From a virus (Duplodnaviria > Caudoviricetes): 64,000 nucleotides of DNA. The notes under the pieces were generated by a model. It had not been told where the DNA came from and made no database searches. It saw nothing but the letters and a program-made list of their open reading frames with translations. The translations under genes were made by a program, and so were the position numbers. Shown here in pieces: positions 9,137 to 17,277 of the stretch; positions within the stretch are counted from its first letter, which is position 1; every line of letters begins with the position of its first letter. The DNA is taken from the IMG/VR virus record IMGVR_UViG_3300045526_000235, positions 1-64,000 of that record; one strand, written 5' to 3'.

Positions 9137-10356
9137 TCAATGCGAGTGGGAGTGCCAAATCCCTTGAAAGGCTTAGGAGCGCTTGGCTTATTGAGAACGT
9201 TCTCAATAATCTTTTTCATTTCACGCCCAATATAAGGCCAAGTAAAAGGCTTTTCATGCACCCTGTCAAAGCACCACTTGCCATTTTCAGCGAGCTTATC
9301 TGGGTTTTCGTAATACCAAGTAAGGATTTCAGCCAGCGAATCAGGCGATGGTTGAGCACGATCGAGACCATAGTTCCTGTCAACTTCCCAGCTTTCGATG
9401 GCAATACGAGGAACGCCGTCAAAAATTTCCTTACAGCTTGTGTGATCCGGCACTACTTGCGCAATGCCGGCAGCCGCGTGCTCAGTGTTAACTAATCCCC
9501 ATCCTTCGCCGATGCAAGTGTTAATGCCAATTTCACAGGCGTTATACACTTGGTTTAACTGCTCAACTGGCAGGCAGTTGATAGTAGAAAAATGAGGGCT
9601 TGTCAAAATAAGCTTGCCCTCTGGGTCATACCCTTCGTCTCGCGCCACTCGCTTAAACAACGGAATAATATCCCACCCCAAATCTTTCTGTCCCATATTG
9701 AGCCACAAACGAGCGTCAGGCTTGTCTTTGGCAAATTTAATGAAGCCCTTAATCGTTAGGTCAATGCGTTTACGTGGCTGGTTCCTGTTGCCATTAAAAA
9801 TAATAAACACGTCTTCTGGTACGCCAAGGATGCGCCTACATTCCTGTTTGTCTAGCGGGAAAAATTTGCTGAAATCAGTGCCATGACCAACAATATGAAC
9901 TGGCTTTTCATAGCCAATTTTCATGATCTCTTCGGCGCCAAATTGCGTATAAGTGGCAATCCCATCCCATTCGTTAATCGGCTCCAGCAATTCAGGGAAT
10001 AGCCCATAACTATCAATGGGAGTGTAAACAAAGAATTTAAAGCCAAGCTCTTCCTTCAGATGCTTCACTGCATCCCAAAGAGTGATGCCAATCCAGATAT
10101 CATTAGTCACCCAAATCAAATCAGGCTTTTCTCGCATGGCAACTTCTGCAATGCGATGAGTGCCAAATGGGTCATTGCCATGCAGAATGGCGGGATAGGT
10201 GTTGTATTTACGCGCTTCTGGATGAGGATCGCCGTGATAGTTCACAGCAAGCACGCTCACGTCATGCACACGAGACAATGCTGGCAAAAGGTTTTCAGCT
10301 ACGCGACCAAAGCCAGTGTCAACAAATGCATCTCCGCAATAAAGAATTTTCGCCAT
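9133..10356 (-). CDS. GT4-family glycosyltransferase (GT-B)
   Basis: TGFGRVAENL, NRNQPRKRIDL and YNACEIGINTCIGEGWGLVNTEHAAAG motifs. Confidence 0.9.
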   Translation of the reverse strand: MAKILYCGDAFVDTGFGRVAENLLPALSRVHDVSVLAVNYHGDPHPEARKYNTYPAILHGNDPFGTHRIAEVAMREKPDLIWVTNDIWIGITLWDAVKHLKEELGFKFFVYTPIDSYGLFPELLEPINEWDGIATYTQFGAEEIMKIGYEKPVHIVGHGTDFSKFFPLDKQECRRILGVPEDVFIIFNGNRNQPRKRIDLTIKGFIKFAKDKPDARLWLNMGQKDLGWDIIPLFKRVARDEGYDPEGKLILTSPHFSTINCLPVEQLNQVYNACEIGINTCIGEGWGLVNTEHAAAGIAQVVPDHTSCKEIFDGVPRIAIESWEVDRNYGLDRAQPSPDSLAEILTWYYENPDKLAENGKWCFDRVHEKPFTWPYIGREMKKIIENVLNKPSAPKPFKGFGTPTRID

Positions 10357-10393
10357 TGGACAAAATAAGCTTGCCCAATACTAGTAGCGCAAA

Positions 10394-11074
10394 TCAAACT
10401 GGAACAGTTGGCGCTTGTTGACGGAAATACTTAATGCTGCATTTGCAATTGGCACGACAAGCACAACGTTGCCCTGGCATTGGCAAGCTTCCAAGAGGAA
10501 CAATCCCTCTGGCCGCATAGTCCAAACAATCTTGGCAATGCTTCGCTTGACTGTCGAGAATGCGTTTCATTAAGCTGTAGCCTTGCTTTTCTTGACGAAT
10601 TGCAGTTCCTTCCCAATAAGTGCCTCGCACACTTTCAGCGTATAAGCCGATACGAGCAAGAGCCATGGGAGTAGAAACGCGGCCAGCCAAAATATCAGCA
10701 GCAAAAGCCTGTAGATAACGGTATTCAGCCCGAATTCTCTGGCCAACACGCCCCCAATCCGCTGGCCCCATCCTTTCTTTTCCGCCATTGCCAATCACTG
10801 CCGCTTGAATGTGCGTCAATTTTAGTCTTTGTCTAATGGTGGCCTGCCATTGATCCAGCGATATAGCGCCACTACTAAGCATGTTTGTATAGCGACGTAA
10901 GTCAGCGCTAAGGCGATTAATTCGACCATCCACCAAAGCCTCCACAGCGGATTGAGAAAGGAAACGTCCATTAGCGCCGCGATAGCGACCGCTAATAGGA
11001 TCGTAGCGCCATGATGATTGATCAAGACGAATGATTTCATCGGCAAACTGAGAAAGATCATTGAGGCCCTGCAT
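10394..11074 (-). CDS. Mu gpF-like head morphogenesis (minor head) protein
   Basis: Follows the portal; HCQDCLDY...PGQRCACRANCKC tail; start placed at ATG 11074. Confidence 0.7.
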   Translation of the reverse strand: MQGLNDLSQFADEIIRLDQSSWRYDPISGRYRGANGRFLSQSAVEALVDGRINRLSADLRRYTNMLSSGAISLDQWQATIRQRLKLTHIQAAVIGNGGKERMGPADWGRVGQRIRAEYRYLQAFAADILAGRVSTPMALARIGLYAESVRGTYWEGTAIRQEKQGYSLMKRILDSQAKHCQDCLDYAARGIVPLGSLPMPGQRCACRANCKCSIKYFRQQAPTVPV

Positions 11075-12920
11075 CTTCTGCCTCCAGGATATCTTTGAAG
11101 CGCTCTGGCGCTTCTTCTTTCCATTGTGACAATGCGGCGTCAATGTCTTCTTGGTCAATCAACGAAGCTTCGTCAATGTCGGCAAGAATGAGACCCTGCG
11201 TTTTCATTGGTTCAATGGCGTCTTTCTTCTCTTTGAAATAGGAAGCGGTTGTTTTCTTTCCGCCATAAGCTCCTTCCATTGAGCCATGCTTGCGCTTGTA
11301 CAGTTCTTCGTACTTGCGCGTAACGTAAGCTCCAGCCACTGCACTTGGCCACACCTTAAATTTGGCTTTTGCTGCTGCCACTGCTTGTTTATGGAGCTCC
11401 TTGTCTTTAAAGCGCTCGTCTCCTCGCGTCTCTTCTAAATCTCGCGGCAAGAATAAACCAGCAGCGTCTTGTACTTCTCTACTGCCGTCCATGGGAAGCG
11501 TGCCGTTCTCCTGATTCATGGGATCACGACCGCCGGGAGGCACTGCCAACTTACCCTCTTTTGAGGTGGAACCACCCCCAGGTTGAGTGGGAAGTTCACG
11601 AGGGAGCGATGGATCGAGGGTGAGCTCCATTGACCATTCAGAGCCGCCATAACGAGCCTCCGCCACTTCCTTGGGATGGAGAATGCCAAGCTGAACGTAA
11701 CGACCATCCACGGCCGCCACACGCGCACGCACGTCAGCCATTTCGCGCTCATTTAGCTCAAACAATGGATTGAAGGCAATACGCCAAGAATCGGGCACAT
11801 CTCCTTTTGTCGGACCCTCTTTGCTCAGCATGATGAGCTCCATCAGTTTTTTGATGGGACGCTTGAAATGGACGCTTTGATAATCAGCCAGCGTTTTGGC
11901 AAAGTCTCGCTCTTCACTGCGACCAGTCGCCCCTAAACCACTAGGGCTTTCGCCAAACAAAACAGTGTGAGGAATCTTGCTTGCACCAATGATGTCAACG
12001 CGCAGTTTCTCCAGAATTTCGCCAATGCCACCAAAATTACGACTAATAAACTCCAGCTCTTCTTTCTCCGCATCAATGGCATAACCGCGATAGATGCTCT
12101 TGCTCATGTCGTTCACTTGCAAGCGATCACGAATGGAGCTTTCCTTGCCAGCCGCCAGCATTGCTGCTAAGCCTCTCACCTTATGAACAAAAATGTCAAA
12201 CTCAGTGAGCAGCGTGGCCGCAGAATTTAAACCTGTCCAATAGTGCCTAAAACTGTCATAAACAGTTTGCAAACTGCTCATGCCCCAGCCATAGTTCCGT
12301 TGCCGCACGCGATAAGGAAGCCAATCCCCGTCAAAGCGCAAAATCCTGTCTTTATGAATGTAGGACAGTTGAGGCTCGTTAATTAAATCGCCAGAAATGA
12401 TTTGATAATACGTTGCTTTTGAATAGTCGTATAAATTCTCCTCATTAATTACTGGTGCAATCTGCCAACGATCTAAGCATTCAATTTCTTCAATGCGGCG
12501 AATGTTGCGCTTGTCCACTGGCATGTACGCAGGGCGTCCATCGTCAATGAACAGCAGCAAACATGCTCCGCCATACAGACGAGCGTTTTTGGCCGCAAGA
12601 TTTAAATGCTCAAGGATGTACAAGTCTTCAATTACTTGCTCAATGCCTTGAACTTCCTCTGCTCTAACTCCATCGCCGCCAAACAATACTTTGAAGCCTT
12701 TCCGAGTGGCTTGATCAGCATAAATGTCAACAATGCGACGAGGAAGCCATTCACCATACAAATTCTCCAGCTCTTCTTGAGCAAGAAAAACAGTTGCCGT
12801 AGTTTTAGTGTACTGCGCCTTATCCCGGCCAGTCCCCATACCAATTAAGACATTCTGTAGCCCGTCGGCCCTTACTCCGCCAGCGGTGGCGTGCCCCAAA
12901 TCAACGGCTTCCTTTTCCAT
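11058..12920 (-). CDS. portal protein (DUF1073 family) with C-terminal extension
   Basis: RRIVDIYADQAT, ARLYGGA, IHKDRILRF and IPHTVLFGESPSGL motifs; synteny with DUF2213/DUF2184. Confidence 0.9.
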   Translation of the reverse strand: MEKEAVDLGHATAGGVRADGLQNVLIGMGTGRDKAQYTKTTATVFLAQEELENLYGEWLPRRIVDIYADQATRKGFKVLFGGDGVRAEEVQGIEQVIEDLYILEHLNLAAKNARLYGGACLLLFIDDGRPAYMPVDKRNIRRIEEIECLDRWQIAPVINEENLYDYSKATYYQIISGDLINEPQLSYIHKDRILRFDGDWLPYRVRQRNYGWGMSSLQTVYDSFRHYWTGLNSAATLLTEFDIFVHKVRGLAAMLAAGKESSIRDRLQVNDMSKSIYRGYAIDAEKEELEFISRNFGGIGEILEKLRVDIIGASKIPHTVLFGESPSGLGATGRSEERDFAKTLADYQSVHFKRPIKKLMELIMLSKEGPTKGDVPDSWRIAFNPLFELNEREMADVRARVAAVDGRYVQLGILHPKEVAEARYGGSEWSMELTLDPSLPRELPTQPGGGSTSKEGKLAVPPGGRDPMNQENGTLPMDGSREVQDAAGLFLPRDLEETRGDERFKDKELHKQAVAAAKAKFKVWPSAVAGAYVTRKYEELYKRKHGSMEGAYGGKKTTASYFKEKKDAIEPMKTQGLILADIDEASLIDQEDIDAALSQWKEEAPERFKDILEAEDAGPQ

Positions 12921-12995
12921 AAGAACAAATTATGGCCATATTGTGTTGTTTTCATTCTACAAGCTGGCTAAATTGGCTTGCTCGTTATGGACAGT

Positions 12996-13526
12996 ATGGC
13001 CTACTCGCCACTCGTTTTTGCCTTCAGCGAGAAAGATAAAGAGATTGTTAGGGCCGAAGCAGCACGCAGGCAGCGCATTAATGAACAAAAGGGCCTGAAA
13101 GGACGCAATGGTGGTCCGGAATTAGGAGATTTAGCTTTATATGCCCATAAGCTTGGCGCAGCAGGAGAGCTGGCCGTTGCCGATTACCTCCACCTTCGCG
13201 AATTTCTTTATCAAGAAACAGAAGCGAAACGCGGATCCTACGATCTTCCTCCCAATATCGATGTGAAAACGCGCTCTAAACATTACTACGATCTCATCTG
13301 TCAATTAGACGAGAAGCCTGGAAAAATTTTAGTGCTCGTTACAATGCAAAACAAACTCACTCTCATCCATGGCTGGATGAAGAGTGAAGATGCAATGCAA
13401 GAACAATGGAAAAAGGATCCAGCTAAAGGGCGGCCGGCATATTTTGTTCCAAAAGAATTCCTTTCTCCATTGCTTTCTCTGTCATGCTCAAATGTTCTGA
13501 CTTCGCCAAGCACGCTCTCAAGCTAG
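12996..13526 (+). CDS. PD-(D/E)xK nuclease-like hypothetical protein
   Basis: GAAGELAVADYL...YDL..NIDVKTR pattern; overlaps the terL start. Confidence 0.5.
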   Translation: MAYSPLVFAFSEKDKEIVRAEAARRQRINEQKGLKGRNGGPELGDLALYAHKLGAAGELAVADYLHLREFLYQETEAKRGSYDLPPNIDVKTRSKHYYDLICQLDEKPGKILVLVTMQNKLTLIHGWMKSEDAMQEQWKKDPAKGRPAYFVPKEFLSPLLSLSCSNVLTSPSTLSS

Positions 13527-14851
13527 AACTATTCCCGTCACAGGCGAAAATTCTTGACACCTTCTTCTCTCCAGGGAAGAGCCATGCAGTATGGGCACTT
13601 GGCCGACGCTCAGGCAAAACGCTCATGGCGGCAGTGGCATGCGCCTATATGTGCTTTGTCCTGGAAGATCAATATCGCAGTCGCGTTAGAAAGGGGGAGC
13701 GCTGGTACATCGTTACCGTTGCCAACAGTCAAGATCAGGCCCGCATTGCTCTCAACAATATTCGCCAACTAATTCTTGATAGCCCCTTTGCTCAGGAGAT
13801 TGTTCGCGAAACTGCCGACATCCTTGAAATTAGCAACAACTGCGTCTTTAAAGCTATTCCCACTTCTGGTCGCGCTGCTCGTGGTCTCGCTTGCGCTGCT
13901 GCAGTGTTTGACGAACTTGCTTTTGCCACTGAAGGCGATGCAAATAGTGGAGGAAGAGGCATCTACGACGCACTTTCTCCTGCTATTGCTCAGTTTGGAG
14001 GGAGTGGACGCATCCTTGAACTTTCTTCCCCATGGTTAACAGACGGTATCTTCTATCAACATTTCAAAGAAGCAAGTTCTGGACGTTTCCCATTTATGCA
14101 AGCAGTGAATCTCCCAACGTGGGAGATGAACCCAAACATTTCGCAAGAGTTTCTTGACACAGAGCGGGCGCGTGATCCAGAGAAGTTTAAAGTTGAATAT
14201 GGAGCCCAATTCTCCGCCAATCTCTCGGCTCTCGTTGCTAGTGATGTTATTGATGCCTGTGTTGATGAGCGCCGAAAAACTCTCCCCCCCGACCCACGCT
14301 TCCAAGGAGCTTATGTCTTGGCCCTTGACCCTGCCAGGGGCGGAGTTGGTCGTGATGATTACACTGCTTGTATTGTGCATTTTGAAGGCGGCACGTTAGT
14401 TGTTGATAAATTCCACTCTTTCGTTGCTGATTTTGAAATCAATGGAAGGATGGAAGTGAATATCAATGCAGTGGAAGATTGGATTAAGGAGCAACATAAG
14501 CTCTATGTGTTTGACACAATCGTGATGGACCAGTTCAATAGCGCTGGTACTATTCAACACCTTGCTCAAGACCTGCCCATTACTGAACTCACTTGGACTG
14601 TTAGCTCCAAAATGAAAGCTTTCAGCAAAATGCGTGAATTATTCAATGCAGGGCAAATCAATCTTTACAACCATGAAAAGGCAATTCTTCAATTAAAAAA
14701 TCTCACTGTTGTCTACAAGCAAAGCGGACAATGGAGCGTCACTGGTGGTAAAGCCACTGGTATTGACGACTTTGCTTTTGCAATGGCAGGCGCAATTCTT
14801 GCTGCTAGTCGTGATGATGACATCGGCTGGATTGAAAGCTTAATCTCGTAG
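13484..14851 (+). CDS. terL: terminase large subunit
   Basis: Walker A GRRSGKT, ARGL, Walker B AVFDELAF, nuclease LALDPA and C-terminal GIDDFAFAMA. Confidence 0.95.
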   Translation: MLKCSDFAKHALKLELFPSQAKILDTFFSPGKSHAVWALGRRSGKTLMAAVACAYMCFVLEDQYRSRVRKGERWYIVTVANSQDQARIALNNIRQLILDSPFAQEIVRETADILEISNNCVFKAIPTSGRAARGLACAAAVFDELAFATEGDANSGGRGIYDALSPAIAQFGGSGRILELSSPWLTDGIFYQHFKEASSGRFPFMQAVNLPTWEMNPNISQEFLDTERARDPEKFKVEYGAQFSANLSALVASDVIDACVDERRKTLPPDPRFQGAYVLALDPARGGVGRDDYTACIVHFEGGTLVVDKFHSFVADFEINGRMEVNINAVEDWIKEQHKLYVFDTIVMDQFNSAGTIQHLAQDLPITELTWTVSSKMKAFSKMRELFNAGQINLYNHEKAILQLKNLTVVYKQSGQWSVTGGKATGIDDFAFAMAGAILAASRDDDIGWIESLIS

Positions 14852-14895
14852 TATCTTCCCTTAGTATGATTTTCAAAGCATAATTCTCCTATGAA

Positions 14896-15159
14896 ATGAA
14901 CTATTGCAAATTATCCATGCAGGAAGTGAAGTTCCTTACTTCCTTGCTTGAATGTGGCAGTTCCAATAGACAAACTGCGCTTCAGCTTCTGGCCGCAGAA
15001 CATCTCTACATTCCTACTCTGCTGCCAAAGCTGCGAGATTATGCTCGTCGCCTAAAACAAGCCGAAGCACTTGGCATTGTCGTCCAACCAGAAGCTACGT
15101 TTGATGACTACTGCCGTGCTCATCCCGAAAATCAGGGCTGTCGAGAATACGACGTGTAG
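14896..15159 (+). CDS. small protein ending in a CP12-like C-terminal cysteine motif
   Basis: FDDYCRAHPENQGCREYDV matches the CP12 YCxxxPxxxxCRxYD motif. Confidence 0.6.
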   Translation: MNYCKLSMQEVKFLTSLLECGSSNRQTALQLLAAEHLYIPTLLPKLRDYARRLKQAEALGIVVQPEATFDDYCRAHPENQGCREYDV

Positions 15160-15335
15160 CACTCTATACGCTATGCTTTTGGAGCTTTCGCGAAGCACGT
15201 TGCGCAACGTTACAACGAGACAAAGGCAGCGTTGTCTCTACAGACCATAGGGGAACAGGGGCCATGGGCCAACTCATGGTTAAATGTCGTATAAAGGCGG
15301 ATTGAAGCCCCGCTCTCGACGCCCCTGTCTATCTT

Positions 15336-15410
15336 GCCCTCGTAGCCCAATCGGAAGCAGGCAAGCGACTTAAAATCGCTCAAGTGTGGGTTCAAATCCC
15401 ACCGAGGGTA
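15336..15410 (+). tRNA. trnL: tRNA-Leu(UAA)
   Basis: Acceptor GCCCTCG/CGAGGGT, anticodon arm AGCGA-CTTAAAA-TCGCT, T arm GTGGG-TTCAAAT-CCCAC; no encoded CCA. Confidence 0.9.
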
Positions 15411-15415
15411 TGAAC

Positions 15416-15437
15416 GGGAGCTTAAACTCCCTTTTTT
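15416..15437 (+). terminator. intrinsic terminator after tRNA-Leu
   Basis: GGGAG-cttaaa-CTCCC followed by TTTTTT. Confidence 0.7.
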
Positions 15438-15619
15438 ATTGTCTCGACGCAACCTTTTGGTTGTTCATCATTCCAATGTCTCACCACGCCAGCAACAATA
15501 AAAGCATTAGTAATTAAATACGATGCAAAGATGATGGTGCGAATAAGGGCAATCCTGTCTGCTTCTTTATTGCACTTCGTCTCCTTGCTTCCCAGTGCCT
15601 TCGCCCATAGTCTCCACAT
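15422..15619 (-). CDS. small membrane protein, cyanophage-type family
   Basis: MWRLWAKALG...EADRIALIRT...NAFIVAGVVRHW. Confidence 0.7.
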   Translation of the reverse strand: MWRLWAKALGSKETKCNKEADRIALIRTIIFASYLITNAFIVAGVVRHWNDEQPKGCVETIKKGV

Positions 15620-15815
15620 TCTTGCGTTCCTCTGCGTGTATCCAAGATTTTAGTTCATGCAAATATCCTCGCAGCATATGCGCCTTTTCTAAATGCCAAG
15701 TGTCTCTCGTGACAAAATATAAGGCCATGTGATTATCAATGGCCTTAAGGAGATTATGAATGGGAGCGTTCCATGGCTCCCTAATCGGCGTGTTGAACGT
15801 TCGACGCCCGTCCAT
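15567..15815 (-). CDS. conserved cyanophage-type hypothetical protein
   Basis: NTPIREPWNAPIHNLLKAIDNH...WHLEKA...LKSWIH. Confidence 0.7.
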   Translation of the reverse strand: MDGRRTFNTPIREPWNAPIHNLLKAIDNHMALYFVTRDTWHLEKAHMLRGYLHELKSWIHAEERKNVETMGEGTGKQGDEVQ

Positions 15816-16338
15816 GAGCGAAATACGCCTTTATATCTTCCAATGCTACTGGAAAGTAATCATGCTGCTCCACGCATGCATTGAAATAATAATGATCTCT
15901 TTCTCCATTGTGCATGACTAAATGCCTGTGCATGTGACCATGAACATTGCCTAGATGCTTATGGTATGGATCGGCAGCAAAACAATCACGATGCAAAGGA
16001 ACGTGGCTAAACATTAAGCCATCACGATAAAAGCATCCACGAATGTCTTCAAAATATTTTGCATAGTCTTGTAGTTTAAATATGTCGTGATTGCCTTTTA
16101 CTAATATTTTCCTGCCGTTTAATCGTTCTAATACGCGCAGTCCACTACGAGGAATGGCCACGTCTCCCAAATGGTAAACAGTGTCGCGAGGATGCACCGT
16201 CTTGTTCCATCGCTCAATAATAGTCTCATGCATCTCTTCTAGAGAAGCAAAAGAGCGCACGGGGGCTCCATCAGTGTGGATGAACGTCAGCATCTTGGCG
16301 TGGCCAAAATGCGTGTCCGATGTGACGAAAGCGCTCAT
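15781..16338 (-). CDS. calcineurin-like metallophosphoesterase
   Basis: SDTHFGH, YHLGD, GNHD, SHVP and HGHMH motifs. Confidence 0.9.
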   Translation of the reverse strand: MSAFVTSDTHFGHAKMLTFIHTDGAPVRSFASLEEMHETIIERWNKTVHPRDTVYHLGDVAIPRSGLRVLERLNGRKILVKGNHDIFKLQDYAKYFEDIRGCFYRDGLMFSHVPLHRDCFAADPYHKHLGNVHGHMHRHLVMHNGERDHYYFNACVEQHDYFPVALEDIKAYFAHGRASNVQHAD

Positions 16339-16351
16339 GGCTCAACAGAAA

Positions 16352-16420
16352 AGGCGCTGCTGGGAATCGAACTCCAGGATTCTAGGCTATGTGCCTAGCG
16401 TGTACCAACACTTCAGCGCA
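16352..16420 (-). tRNA. aberrant tRNA-like gene, anticodon CAT
   Basis: GCGCTG/CAGCGC acceptor, GTGT-TGGT-ACAC D arm, CTAGG-CACATAG-CCTAG anticodon arm, CTGG(A)G-TTCGATT-CCCAG T arm; several non-canonical positions. Confidence 0.65.
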
Positions 16421-16489
16421 AATGGCCTAAGCGTAACCAGCCTCAAGGACTGGACAGAGGCTTAGGCTCTATCGTTTGCCAATATAGCG

Positions 16490-17224
16490 TCAAGCTCGTC
16501 CGTAGCTAGGCAGATTAGTATTGGCCGCTTCAAAAAACGCGGGCATCCGGCTCCGTTGCGTCTCGGCTAAACCATCTGCCTTGCCCTTCTCAAACAAACT
16601 ATCACTTTGCTTCAGCCAAAAATCTTTGTCTAACCATTTGTTAGCCGAAGTTCCCAGCGCATCAAAAGCCCACAATGCAGTGGCACGACGCAGTTTGTTC
16701 AGGCTCTGACCAGCATTCTCATCAAGCTCCTTAGCCACGAGACTATGCACGCCAACGTGTGTAATTTCATCCCGGCTAATATCTGCTGCCACAGTGCGAA
16801 TGCCCATATCCCCGTTAAAACGGAAGAACGGCAGCACGACAAAGAAAATACTGCGCTCCAAAATAGCAGCTTTCAAAATGGGATGGGCAGGATGCTCTTG
16901 CCATGCCTTCAGAATGCCCTCTACGTCCTTCTCAGCCTTGTCGTCTGCACCATGGGCAGCAACGATGTAGTTCAGGGCTTGATCGTGACGCTGCTCATCC
17001 TCCTGGTTATGCCGCAGGGCTTCTACCACGCCAGGCGTCGAAGGGAGATCACGTTGCAGCCCCTGCTCCAGAAAGTCCTTTACAGGCAACTCCAAATGAC
17101 GCAAAGCCAACAGCTTGCCAAGCGTTTCCTCGCTGCCTTCTTGCACGCGGCCCTTTTCTACAGCCACCGCTTGCCAAGGGCGCTTCTTTTGAATCATGGA
17201 CAAATAAGGGCTCTTCGTGGTCAT
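16490..17224 (-). CDS. nrdB: ribonucleotide reductase beta subunit (ferritin-like, cyanophage type)
   Basis: HLELPV, DEQRH, ILERSIFF and DEITH metal-ligand helices; adjacent to the alpha subunit. Confidence 0.8.
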   Translation of the reverse strand: MTTKSPYLSMIQKKRPWQAVAVEKGRVQEGSEETLGKLLALRHLELPVKDFLEQGLQRDLPSTPGVVEALRHNQEDEQRHDQALNYIVAAHGADDKAEKDVEGILKAWQEHPAHPILKAAILERSIFFVVLPFFRFNGDMGIRTVAADISRDEITHVGVHSLVAKELDENAGQSLNKLRRATALWAFDALGTSANKWLDKDFWLKQSDSLFEKGKADGLAETQRSRMPAFFEAANTNLPSYGRA

Positions 17225-17277
17225 GGTATTAATCGATGGAAAGGAGATGAGAAGAAAGGGGCCATTAGGCCCCTTTG

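Noticed and set aside
11058-12920. Anti-CBASS Acb1 label that is sometimes attached to DUF1073 proteins
   Set aside because: Size, motifs and synteny are those of a portal; no stand-alone 2H phosphoesterase is seen
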